DNA of 40,329 bases. Source: a virus. Taxonomy: Duplodnaviria > Caudoviricetes. The notes under the pieces are model-generated. The model saw only the letters and a list, made by a program, of their open reading frames with translations, searched no databases and was not told the DNA's origin. The position numbers and the translations under genes are program-made. Where the stretch lies: positions 1-40,329 of IMG/VR virus record IMGVR_UViG_3300044260_000054; one strand, 5' to 3'. This document shows positions 26,249 through 34,720 of the stretch, piece by piece. Numbering within the stretch: the first letter of the stretch is position 1; each line of letters begins with the position of its first letter.

Positions 26249-27283
26249 TTACGGGGCTAACAGCCCGGCGGTGACTTCGGCCCGCACCATAAACGTCTCG
26301 TTGAGGCGCTTGCGGGCGCCGGTGTGCTTCCAGCCAGAGGTGCCGATTTGGTTGAGAGGATCGGAGGGGCCGCCGCTGCCAATGGGCTTGATGATGTTTT
26401 CCAAGCTCATGCCCTCAAGCGGCACCGCCGCGACGGCTTCCTCGCCAAACGCGAGAATGAAATACACGTCGGCGTTGCCACTGGTGAGGTACACGTCTCC
26501 GGCGGCCGTCCCGCCTCCGCCGCGGAGCACCTTCGCGCCGCCCAGGGCGTCTGTCGTGCCGCCCGAGGATGCCAGAAACCGCAACTCGCGGAACGCGCCG
26601 ACTTCGGCCTCCATGACGGCGGAGCTGCCGGAGTAGTGCGATACGGGCACCCACTCGTCGAGCGTCTCGAGGGTTGCCACCACGTCGGGGTGCGTGATCG
26701 CCCAAAAGGCCGCGCGGATCGGGTGCGTGTCGACCTTCACGCTGGCTGTGACAATCTTGGTGAAGCGGCTCGCGTTGGCGTCGAACAGCGCGCGGATCAT
26801 CCGCACGAGGAGGTTCGCGTCGACCTTCTGCGTGGTCGTGGTCAGGTTCGCCCGACCGGCCACACCGCCGCCGTAAAACACGTTGGTGCCGGCACACTGC
26901 TCCTCGCGCATCAAGACGTCGATGGTTTGCGCCGCCTGCTCGCCGAGCACCTTGTTGGCGTCGTTCAAGAGGGGGTGGTCGATCGTCGCCTTGATGAGAT
27001 CCGCGATTGTGATGTAATCGCCCCATTGCTGGATCTTCACTGAAATATCGGTGTGGCTGACCTTCTGCCCGGACGGCGGTGTGCCCTCGACCAGCGGCGT
27101 CGTTGCCAGAGAGAGACTCTCAACACGCCGGAACACCATGGTGTTGCCGGAGCGCTGTTTGAGCGGCCGGCGCTCCGCAACCCGTGCGTGGACCAGCAAG
27201 GGGAGCGCGCGGGAGAGTAATGCCCGGTCAAAGTAGGTTTGAACGACTGGCGGGATAACGCCACTGTCAGTGAGTACGCCCAT
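26249..27283 (-). CDS. major capsid protein, N4-gp56 family
   Basis: GAGGAG SD; PLVEGTPP, QWGDY, LGEQAAQTID, AITHPD, EVGAF, SDPLNQIGTSGWK. Confidence 0.92.
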   Translation of the reverse strand: MGVLTDSGVIPPVVQTYFDRALLSRALPLLVHARVAERRPLKQRSGNTMVFRRVESLSLATTPLVEGTPPSGQKVSHTDISVKIQQWGDYITIADLIKATIDHPLLNDANKVLGEQAAQTIDVLMREEQCAGTNVFYGGGVAGRANLTTTTQKVDANLLVRMIRALFDANASRFTKIVTASVKVDTHPIRAAFWAITHPDVVATLETLDEWVPVSHYSGSSAVMEAEVGAFRELRFLASSGGTTDALGGAKVLRGGGGTAAGDVYLTSGNADVYFILAFGEEAVAAVPLEGMSLENIIKPIGSGGPSDPLNQIGTSGWKHTGARKRLNETFMVRAEVTAGLLAP

Positions 27284-27294
27284 AGTCTAACTCC

Positions 27295-28173
27295 TCATGC
27301 GACGCCTTGCTGGCGTCGGAGATTTTCAAATTCCGCATCGGTCATGTTCCAAATGGCTTGACTGTCCACCTTGCGGCGCTCGGCGCCCGGGCCGCGCTCA
27401 CGGAGTGCTTTGTCGGCGCCGCGGCGGGCCGCCTCGGTGATCTTGTCGGTGGTTTCCTTTGCGCCGTCGACGCGCGCATTGAGCGCATCCATGATGGACC
27501 GCAGGGCCCGCACTTCATGGCCCTTGTGTTGGGTGAAGGTGCGCAGGATCACAGCGGCGGCCATCTCCGCCAGGGCGGGATTGTCGGGGGCCAGTGCATG
27601 GACGTGGGACCGCAACGCCGGATCCCGACTGAAAGCGGGCTCGAGGTAGGTGGAGCGCATTTGATCGTAGCTACGATCGGGCGCCCCCATGGCGTCGGCG
27701 GAAAACTTGCCGCGCGCCTCGGCCTCGGAGTTGGCAATGCGGGTCTGCCGGGCAATCTGGTTCTGAATATCCGAGAGGCCGCGCTTGTTCTGCCAGTCGA
27801 TATAGGCCAGGAGCTCGTCGGCCGTGGCCTCGCCCGACTGGAGCCGCTCGAGCGACACGGGCGGTTTTGTGGCGGCCTCGGTGAGCGCGCGGGTGCGTTC
27901 CTCGATCAGCGGCCCGAATTGCGATCGCAACTCGTTGACGGTGCGCTCGAGCGTGAAGTTGCGCTCGCGGAGCTCGGCGACCGGATCCGCCGCCGGTGCG
28001 GTTGACGCCGGCGGTGCCGGGGAAGGCGCCGGCGCCGCCGGTTGATCGGCGTCAACCGTTGGGGATGGTTGTTCGGCCGCCTCCGCAGTCACATCGAGGT
28101 CATAGTGCACCTCGGGTTCTGCTTGCTCGCTGGGAGCGTGCTCGACGCCCTGGTCGCTCGTGTCTGTGTCCAC
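27295..28173 (-). CDS. scaffolding protein
   Basis: Acidic/Pro-rich N-terminus, coiled coils, C-terminal IWNMTDAEF; between portal and capsid; GTG start at 28173 preferred but uncertain. Confidence 0.75.
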   Translation of the reverse strand: MDTDTSDQGVEHAPSEQAEPEVHYDLDVTAEAAEQPSPTVDADQPAAPAPSPAPPASTAPAADPVAELRERNFTLERTVNELRSQFGPLIEERTRALTEAATKPPVSLERLQSGEATADELLAYIDWQNKRGLSDIQNQIARQTRIANSEAEARGKFSADAMGAPDRSYDQMRSTYLEPAFSRDPALRSHVHALAPDNPALAEMAAAVILRTFTQHKGHEVRALRSIMDALNARVDGAKETTDKITEAARRGADKALRERGPGAERRKVDSQAIWNMTDAEFENLRRQQGVA

Positions 28174-28234
28174 GACCTGACAGGTGTAGGGAACGCAGAC
28201 ACCCGTCAACGCTGTCTGTCAGGGTTGGCGTGCC

Positions 28235-30199
28235 TTAGCGCACGCGCGGAGCGGGGCGGGGTGGCGGGGCTGCGCCTTGTTCGGCGGCGAGCTTTTGCTG
28301 CGCGTAGGCGAGAATCTTCATCGCGTCGTCTTCGCCGATAATGCCGGCGTCGCGCGCTTTGTCGACGGCCACCTCGGGCGGGATATAGCCCGGGAACTCC
28401 CGCATGATCTCGCGCACCGAATCCCACATCGCCATCTGGACCGTTGTCTCCCAGGGCTTGGAGGCGTCAACGGCGACGTCATACTCGGCGAGCATCGCGT
28501 CTTGCAGGAGGCGCACCACATCGGCGCCCGGATCCTGTAAGATCGGCCCGACGGTGCCCGGTTGCGCCGGTTGGCCCGCCACCGGTGGCGGCGCCGCGGC
28601 GGCCGCTTGCTGTTCGCGGGCAGCCAGGGTGCCGAGAATCCGCAGCGCCTTCGCCACGGGCATGTATTGCTGAATCGCGCGTACCATAAACTTGATCGCG
28701 GGTTCTTTGTCGGTGAGAAAACTCTCGAGGAGCGGCTCTTGCGTGGTCATGCCGCCGCGCTGGCGTGCTTCGATCGCCTTCCCACTGACCGTTTTTTGCG
28801 TGGTGTTGCCGAGCAGCTCGCGGTGGATCTGCGACACGTCTTCGACGTCGCGGTCGGCTTGCTGTTCGAGCCAGACGAGCGTTTGCGGAAGCTCGGGCGG
28901 AGGGATCCGTTGCGGCGGCGTGTTCTCGTAGGGAATCTCCGCCACTTCGCCGGCGCCGAACTTGCGAATGTCCTCGCTCTTGGCCCCGTCCGCGCGCTTA
29001 TTGAAAAATCCCCCCAAGGGCATTTTTTGCACGATCTCCACGATGGTCGAGCGCCGCCGGTTTTTCTCCCGCTGCGGATCTTTCATCGGGTGTACGACCC
29101 CGAACGGGTTGCGCCAGAAATAGTAGCCCACTGTGGGCCAGATCGGGAACTCTGGCGCATCAAACGGGCTCGGCTCGTCCTCGAGGAGCAACGAATTGAG
29201 CACGTAGGCGCGGCGCACCATGCTGACCGGACGCTTGAAGAATTGAAAGTCACCGGCGGCGTGCGGCATCGCCTTGAGCCGGGCGCGCAGGGCCTTCACT
29301 TTGTCCGGATCGCCCGACACGTCGCCGGTCACTTGGTTGCGCACGACCGTGACGTTGAGCCGGCGCCGATACCAGCATTCCAGGAGCCGGATCCGTTGCG
29401 TGTCCGGATCCCAAAAGAGGCGCTCGGCCGACCAGCTGTCGCCGGCGCCCTCGCCCGTGCCGGCGTCGGAGCCGAAGCGCGAGGAATTTTCCGACAGCCA
29501 CTCGCCGAACTGCGAGGCGATTTGTTCGTGAAACTCGGGGAACTGATCTTGCGCGGCCTGGCGGGTCATCCACATGGCGTGGATCACATACTCAGCGGCG
29601 TCCCAACCGAGATCAAACCAATTCGGATCACCGAAGATTGAGAGGGGGTGCGGCCGCTCCCAGGCCGGCAACCCGTCCGGGTCGTGCGTGTAGTCGAGCA
29701 CCACCTTGCGGTAGCCGAGGCCGGTGATGATTTTGTCGGCGAAAATGGTGTCATCCAGCTGGTTCTCACGGCTGGCCCTGGCGATGTACTTCAAGAGCGC
29801 GGTCATCAGCTGCGCGCCCTTCACGGAATCGCCCCCCGTCGCCGGGAGGAGCGTTACGTCGGTGCGTTTCTGGCGCTGCACGCCCAGGAGAAACAGCACG
29901 GGGCCAAGAATTTTGTTGATCGTCAGGCACGGGCGGCCGCCGAGCTCGTCGAGATCCTCCGCGCGCCATTGCTGGCCGCTGACGAACTCGTAGGACTCAA
30001 TGGCTTGCTGGCGCCAGACGTCGGTTTGCCGCGCGGAATCCGAAAACCAGGTCGTGATCTGGTCGGCGAACTTCTTGTCATCATCGCGCCGCTCAAGGCC
30101 GTCTTGGTCTTGCGGCGTGCTGCGTTCGGTCAGGCCGAAATCGCCGCCGGCCGCTTGTTGCGGCTGATAGCCGACGCGCCTGGTTGCCAGTTCACCCAC
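28235..30199 (-). CDS. portal protein (P22 gp1-like)
   Basis: FVSGQQW, RPCLTINKI, ITGLGY, MKDPQREKN, SGKAIEARQ motifs. Confidence 0.92.
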   Translation of the reverse strand: MGELATRRVGYQPQQAAGGDFGLTERSTPQDQDGLERRDDDKKFADQITTWFSDSARQTDVWRQQAIESYEFVSGQQWRAEDLDELGGRPCLTINKILGPVLFLLGVQRQKRTDVTLLPATGGDSVKGAQLMTALLKYIARASRENQLDDTIFADKIITGLGYRKVVLDYTHDPDGLPAWERPHPLSIFGDPNWFDLGWDAAEYVIHAMWMTRQAAQDQFPEFHEQIASQFGEWLSENSSRFGSDAGTGEGAGDSWSAERLFWDPDTQRIRLLECWYRRRLNVTVVRNQVTGDVSGDPDKVKALRARLKAMPHAAGDFQFFKRPVSMVRRAYVLNSLLLEDEPSPFDAPEFPIWPTVGYYFWRNPFGVVHPMKDPQREKNRRRSTIVEIVQKMPLGGFFNKRADGAKSEDIRKFGAGEVAEIPYENTPPQRIPPPELPQTLVWLEQQADRDVEDVSQIHRELLGNTTQKTVSGKAIEARQRGGMTTQEPLLESFLTDKEPAIKFMVRAIQQYMPVAKALRILGTLAAREQQAAAAAPPPVAGQPAQPGTVGPILQDPGADVVRLLQDAMLAEYDVAVDASKPWETTVQMAMWDSVREIMREFPGYIPPEVAVDKARDAGIIGEDDAMKILAYAQQKLAAEQGAAPPPRPAPRVR

Positions 30200-30392
30200 G
30201 CTCTCGGGTTATCTGACGCGCGGTCGGCGCGCAACGCTGTCTGCGTCGGCGCTCCCGGCTGGCGGGGCAGGTATTGGCGAAGATCGCCCGCACGCAGCCC
30301 TCCGGTAAGAGGGGCGGCCCGGCCCGGCGCTCGAGCTCGGCGAGCAAGGGCGGGAGCAGCCACTCGGCGAGGCGCTGTGCGTACCGGCGCAT
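30192..30392 (-). CDS. hypothetical protein (66 aa)
   Basis: Abuts the upstream stop and overlaps the portal start. Confidence 0.5.
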   Translation of the reverse strand: MRRYAQRLAEWLLPPLLAELERRAGPPLLPEGCVRAIFANTCPASRERRRRQRCAPTARQITRERG

Positions 30393-30848
30393 TTACCATT
30401 TCCAGTCGTGTACGTGCGGCGGCCGGTGCTTGGTGCGCGTCGGGCTCGGCGTGCTGGTCGCGGTGGGCGTCGGGGTCGCGGTCAGCGTGGGGGTTGGTGT
30501 GATGCAGACCTGCGCATTGCTTGGGTCCGAACAATAGCCGTCTATGGGACACGCGAGGAGACAGAACGCCCCGATCCCGACGCCGGAGAGTGCCGTCTCG
30601 TAGTAGTCGGGCGGTGTCGGCGTGGGGTTGGGCGTGACGTGCGCGCGGTCGATCGTCGCCGGCGGCGTCCCGTTGGCGACGATTACGAGCCAATGGTGTA
30701 CCGGCGTCGGTTCCTCTTGGCTGAAAATGACGAACGAATGCGCCGCATCGCAGACTTTCGGCGTCGGCACGCCACACGTCGGGGGCGCTGTCGGCGCCTG
30801 GGCCTGGGCGAGGCCGGCGACCAGGAGGAGGGCGACCGTCAGGCGCAT
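30393..30848 (-). CDS. secreted Cys-containing Pro/Thr-repeat protein (151 aa)
   Basis: TAATG-coupled to terL; signal peptide MRLTVALLLVAGLAQA; PT tail. Confidence 0.7.
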   Translation of the reverse strand: MRLTVALLLVAGLAQAQAPTAPPTCGVPTPKVCDAAHSFVIFSQEEPTPVHHWLVIVANGTPPATIDRAHVTPNPTPTPPDYYETALSGVGIGAFCLLACPIDGYCSDPSNAQVCITPTPTLTATPTPTATSTPSPTRTKHRPPHVHDWKW

Positions 30849-32278
30849 TAGCGCGCCATCCAGGTGGTGCGATGCCGCCGCGGCACCGTGCGCTGTAACG
30901 GGTTGAAGGGCGGGAGGTGCCGGGCCGTGGTGAGCGCTTGCGTCGCGTCGCCGGTGACGGCGGAAAACTCGCCGGAGCACAGATACTCAAAGGCGTTGGC
31001 GCTGTGCGAAAACTTATTCTTCTGTGGCGCTGGGTCTTTTTGGTGATCCCAACTCTTGCCGTAGCGGTAGCCGCCGAGCAGCGCCTCCATGAGCACCGGG
31101 CAGTGGTTGCGATCAATCAGCACGGCCGGGTGCCCGTCGATGAAGCGGCCGAACCGCTTGGACACGGACTCAAAGCGCGCGGTGAAATCCACCGCCCCAG
31201 GCTGGACGGAAAAGCCCTCGGCCGCCAGGAGTTGAAAACAGGTGCGCTCGTCGGTCTGGGCACGCTGCGCGCCGGCCGGATCCCCCCAACACCGCCAGCG
31301 GGTGAACCCGGGAAACTCGCGCTTGAGGAGCTCTTTCAGTTCGTCAGCGAGCCGCGCAATGCCCGCGCTCCACAGTTGCAATTCGGAGAGAATCAAGAGG
31401 CGCCCGTTGGGCAGCGTTTGCCCGATGAGGGCTACGGGGGTCAACCCAAAGTCGAAGCCGAGCACCAGGGGGAGGCCGGGCACGCCTTGGAGGTTCTCGG
31501 TAAAATGAATTTGCTCATACGCTTCGGTATAGACGCGCCGGCCCGGGTAGATCGTGACCACTTCGCCGAGCACAAACCGCCGCGCGAGGTCTTCGCCGAG
31601 CCGCGAGAGCATGTTCTGGTAGTAGTTTGGCGGGAGGTTTTTCGCGTTCTCGTAGGGCACACAGCGAAAGAGCGCGTAATCACGCTCCGTCAGCTCCGCC
31701 GCGGTCGGCCGAAAAAATTCATCGTAGATCCAGTGAAATTTGGACGGCGGGTTGAACGACAGGAGGATATTGAGCCGATGCAGACCGCCTTGCCGCAACC
31801 GCATGAGCGCCATGTCGAAGAGTTCCTCCGGCAGCCCGGCGCCGATCACGCCGCCTTCGGTCTGATAGGCGGGCACGGGCTCCTCGAGCCACATCACGCC
31901 GTATTCCGTCGACAGCAGGTTACTCACTTCCTCCGGCCGCCGGCAGTGGCGGAAATCCAACTCATGCGTCAGCGTCTCGCCGTCGACGTTGGGCAACGTG
32001 ATGCGCAACTGCTCGTCGCCCTTGTGGTAGCTCGAGCAGCCGCCAAACCATTCCTGTAAGGTGCGCCGCGTCGAATCGTGTAACTGCCGGTAGGATTCCC
32101 GCACCACCAGTGCACGCAGCGGGACAGGACTTTCCGTGGCGGTGAAGAAAATCTCAAAGCCACACGCAATCGTCTTGCCGCAGCCGGCCGGGCCGCATAA
32201 CGCTTTCACCTGCGCGTGGGAATTGTGAAACGGGAGAATCGAGGGGTGCGGGTGATATTCTCGCTCAACGAGGGCCAT
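30848..32278 (-). CDS. terL: terminase large subunit
   Basis: Walker A GPAGCGKT, Walker B VMWLEE, coupling motif SFNPP, nuclease GFDFG and GDPAG; start MALVER at 32278. Confidence 0.92.
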   Translation of the reverse strand: MALVEREYHPHPSILPFHNSHAQVKALCGPAGCGKTIACGFEIFFTATESPVPLRALVVRESYRQLHDSTRRTLQEWFGGCSSYHKGDEQLRITLPNVDGETLTHELDFRHCRRPEEVSNLLSTEYGVMWLEEPVPAYQTEGGVIGAGLPEELFDMALMRLRQGGLHRLNILLSFNPPSKFHWIYDEFFRPTAAELTERDYALFRCVPYENAKNLPPNYYQNMLSRLGEDLARRFVLGEVVTIYPGRRVYTEAYEQIHFTENLQGVPGLPLVLGFDFGLTPVALIGQTLPNGRLLILSELQLWSAGIARLADELKELLKREFPGFTRWRCWGDPAGAQRAQTDERTCFQLLAAEGFSVQPGAVDFTARFESVSKRFGRFIDGHPAVLIDRNHCPVLMEALLGGYRYGKSWDHQKDPAPQKNKFSHSANAFEYLCSGEFSAVTGDATQALTTARHLPPFNPLQRTVPRRHRTTWMAR

Positions 32279-32300
32279 CGTCCCGCACGCCTCGGTCTGC

Positions 32301-32606
32301 TTACGCCAACGTGAAATCCACGCCGCCGATCGTATCGACAGGCGCGGCAACGGCATCGACAGTATGCGATGCGCTGTGGTGGAACCCCGCTTCGTCTACG
32401 TCCATCGTGAGGACGACATCCGTTGCCGGGGCAACCGCAGTCACTTCCGGCGACGCGGCGCTGGGATCGCTGAACTCGATGCCGGGGTCGGACGAGCTCC
32501 ACTTGAAGACGGACCCTTCGGGAAAAGCGACGGCGGCGCCGTCAGGCCCGGTTGCGCTCGGCACGGCGGTCTTGTGCGTGCCAACGGTGAGAGTGAAATC
32601 AGCCAT
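32301..32606 (-). CDS. small Ig-like (Big_2-like) acidic protein (101 aa)
   Basis: AAGGAGGTG SD; FKWSSSDP motif. Confidence 0.7.
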   Translation of the reverse strand: MADFTLTVGTHKTAVPSATGPDGAAVAFPEGSVFKWSSSDPGIEFSDPSAASPEVTAVAPATDVVLTMDVDEAGFHHSASHTVDAVAAPVDTIGGVDFTLA

Positions 32607-32621
32607 AGTGTTCACCTCCTT

Positions 32622-32738
32622 TCACATGAGGGTAAAGTTGACCCTCTTGATCCTGTCTTTTTTGTGCGGTTTCGGCTTGTGGTGTTTGATCCATGCCTCG
32701 ATGATTTCGCACAATATCCACCAGAATGATGTCGCCAT
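32622..32738 (-). CDS. small peptide (38 aa)
   Basis: TAATG-coupled; MATSFWWILCEIIEAWIKHHKPKPHKKDRIKRVNFTLM. Confidence 0.6.
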   Translation of the reverse strand: MATSFWWILCEIIEAWIKHHKPKPHKKDRIKRVNFTLM

Positions 32739-33133
32739 TATGCCACCTGGGAGATCGGCGCCGCGCGCTTCTCGGCCTGGATCTCTAGCGCTTGCTGCCG
32801 CGCCTGCACCGTGCCGCGCGCCACGCCCACAATCTTGATCGCCACGGCCGCCGTCGGCCCACTGTTCTCCGCCCCTTGGATCACTTCGCGCTGCGTGGGG
32901 AGAATCCGGTCGATCAGCCCCATCAACATGCGGCCTTGCGCCTCGGTGTCCCGGCTGCCGTTCTCGATCTGGTTTTTGATCTGGTCCCAAAACCACTCGC
33001 GTTGCTCGTGCAACTTCGTCAGGAGCCAGACGCGCAACTCCATGGCGATCGGCGCGTCGGGCCGGGAGGCCAACCGCGCGAGCTTGCGCTGGTCGGAGAG
33101 CGAGAGTTCTTTACGGCGCTTTGTGGTTTTCAT
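32738..33133 (-). CDS. putative terminase small subunit
   Basis: 131 aa helical protein with LIDRILP and a C-terminal beta strand, upstream of terL; ATGA-coupled. Confidence 0.5.
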   Translation of the reverse strand: MKTTKRRKELSLSDQRKLARLASRPDAPIAMELRVWLLTKLHEQREWFWDQIKNQIENGSRDTEAQGRMLMGLIDRILPTQREVIQGAENSGPTAAVAIKIVGVARGTVQARQQALEIQAEKRAAPISQVA

Positions 33134-33444
33134 GGGACGGGAGGGTGGTCGGGCACGATCGTATTGCAACAACACGGGCACCGCTCGGGTTCGTCGCGGG
33201 CGACGTCGGCCTGGTCGGTGATGCCGGCCTGTCGCCAGAGGCCGCGCACGTCCACCTCCGCCAGGGCGCCGCGCTCGACGAGGGTTTCGCCCAGCTGGCG
33301 CACGAATTGCGCCGGGATCCGCCGCGCGCTCGTGCGGTTCAGCGGGTGCGCCAACGCCACACACAAATTTTGTAGGATCACGAGCCAGTCAAAGAGCTCG
33401 GCCTCGATGGTCAAATGCGCCTGCATGTGCCGGCAGTCGCCCAT
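33130..33444 (-). CDS. hypothetical protein (104 aa)
   Basis: Coupled at both ends; C-terminal CPCCC. Confidence 0.55.
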   Translation of the reverse strand: MGDCRHMQAHLTIEAELFDWLVILQNLCVALAHPLNRTSARRIPAQFVRQLGETLVERGALAEVDVRGLWRQAGITDQADVARDEPERCPCCCNTIVPDHPPVP

Positions 33445-33666
33445 CTAACCCCGCCCCGCATCGGGCTGTGCCGTGGACCCCGCGCGCTGTAAGAGCGCTG
33501 CGGTGAACGCCGGCAGCTGTTCGGGATGCTGGCGGAAAAACTGGCCGGCCGCCGCGAACACGTAGAGCACCTCCGCCCCGTTCACGCCCCGCCCGGCCAG
33601 TAACGGGTGCTCGCACAAATACGCCGCGAATTGCGGGAGTTTGAAGTGCACGCGCCGGTCACGCAT
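33445..33666 (-). CDS. hypothetical protein (73 aa)
   Basis: MRDRRVHFKLPQF...; the plausible coding part of the 353-aa track ORF. Confidence 0.6.
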   Translation of the reverse strand: MRDRRVHFKLPQFAAYLCEHPLLAGRGVNGAEVLYVFAAAGQFFRQHPEQLPAFTAALLQRAGSTAQPDAGRG

Positions 33667-33671
33667 GGCCG

Positions 33672-33833
33672 TTAGCGATTCAACGCCGACCGCAACGCGG
33701 CCAGGCCACCGAACCCCAAGAGCTCCAGCACCTGCCGCGCCGTGTCCGCCGTAATGAGCCCCGTCGCCTGCAACCCCAACACCACCACCGCTAATCCCAC
33801 GCACACGTAGGTGCGATACCCCTGCAACATCAT
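33672..33833 (-). CDS. putative holin (53 aa), not in the ORF track
   Basis: MMLQGYRTYVCVGLAVVVLGLQATGLITADTARQVLELLGFGGLAALRSALNR; LxGx[KR]TY...GLAALR pattern of small two-helix holins; GGAGGG SD. Confidence 0.7.
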   Translation of the reverse strand: MMLQGYRTYVCVGLAVVVLGLQATGLITADTARQVLELLGFGGLAALRSALNR

Positions 33834-33845
33834 CGCCCTCCCGTC

Positions 33846-34310
33846 TTAATTCTGCGCGGCCAGTACCGCCGCCGTGCCTCCCGCGCGTCCCGCGCCCTCG
33901 CGGAACAGGCGGGTTGTGCTGCTGTCGTGCCCCTCGTCGCTCCCCTGTGTGGGTGCCGGTGTCGCCTCCACCCGCTGGAGGTCGTCGAGTACGCCGAGAA
34001 TCGCCTCCAACGCCGTCGCCGTATACGCCGCCGACACGCTGGGCCGCGCCTCGCGCTCCGCCTCCGCAATCGCCAGCGCCGTCTCCGCACGCCCCAGCGC
34101 GAGATACACCCCCTGTGCCGCCCCCGGCGATAACCGCTGGTCTTGCACCACGTCCGCCGCCCGTGCGTAGGCAACCGTCAGCTGGATCCGTACCGCCTCC
34201 AACTGCGCCACCTCCAGCGGCCGCTCCGGCGAGGCCGGCGTCGCGCGGATCACCGCGCAACTGGCAATGAGTCCCAGCATCCCCGCGCCCCACATGCTCC
34301 ACCGTGGCAT
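33846..34310 (-). CDS. lipoprotein (possible spanin-like)
   Basis: GGGGAGG SD; LGLIASC lipobox; helical body; next to the holin. Confidence 0.55.
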   Translation of the reverse strand: MPRWSMWGAGMLGLIASCAVIRATPASPERPLEVAQLEAVRIQLTVAYARAADVVQDQRLSPGAAQGVYLALGRAETALAIAEAEREARPSVSAAYTATALEAILGVLDDLQRVEATPAPTQGSDEGHDSSTTRLFREGAGRAGGTAAVLAAQN

Positions 34311-34319
34311 ACCCCTCCC

Positions 34320-34682
34320 CTATCCGATTGCGACCCCGCGTGCATCTAGTGCCGCCCGCATCCGCCGCCGCAGCGCCTCGGCGTCCACCCCCACCGCCTC
34401 GCAACACTCCGCAAACGTGTGTGGCCGATCGGCCGGATCGTCCTGAAATAACCACGCCAGCGCATCCGCCCGCGCCCGCGCCACCTCCCGCTGAAACACC
34501 GGCCACTGCGAATACCCCACCGCATCCCCCCAGGCCCGCTCAATCACCGCCATCAACAAGCGGTGCTCCCCCGCCGTCACCATCCCCCGCCGCGCCGCCG
34601 GGATTTCCGCCACCACGCTCGCCATCCCCGCGACCACCGGCTCTTGCTCCACCAACCACGCCACGCTCAGCACGCCCGCCAT
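34320..34682 (-). CDS. conserved helical protein (GEHRLLMAV...AW..D...F...CE.. family), possible transcription regulator
   Basis: GGAGG SD; GEHRLLMAVIERA...ALAWLFQDD...TFAECCEAVGVDAEALR. Confidence 0.65.
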   Translation of the reverse strand: MAGVLSVAWLVEQEPVVAGMASVVAEIPAARRGMVTAGEHRLLMAVIERAWGDAVGYSQWPVFQREVARARADALAWLFQDDPADRPHTFAECCEAVGVDAEALRRRMRAALDARGVAIG

Positions 34683-34720
34683 CCGCCACCTCCTCCGCCT
34701 CCTCCGCCTCCAGGACGCGC

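Noticed and set aside
6300-32059. Long + strand ORFs opposite the structural genes (e.g. 6300-7412, 28562-29641, 30917-32059)
   Set aside because: Antisense shadows of high-GC coding sequence, with no recognisable motifs.
33445-34506. 353-aa Gly-rich ORF (collagen- or fibre-like)
   Set aside because: The Gly richness comes from the G-rich strand skew; it overlaps the holin, lipoprotein and 34320 genes in other frames.
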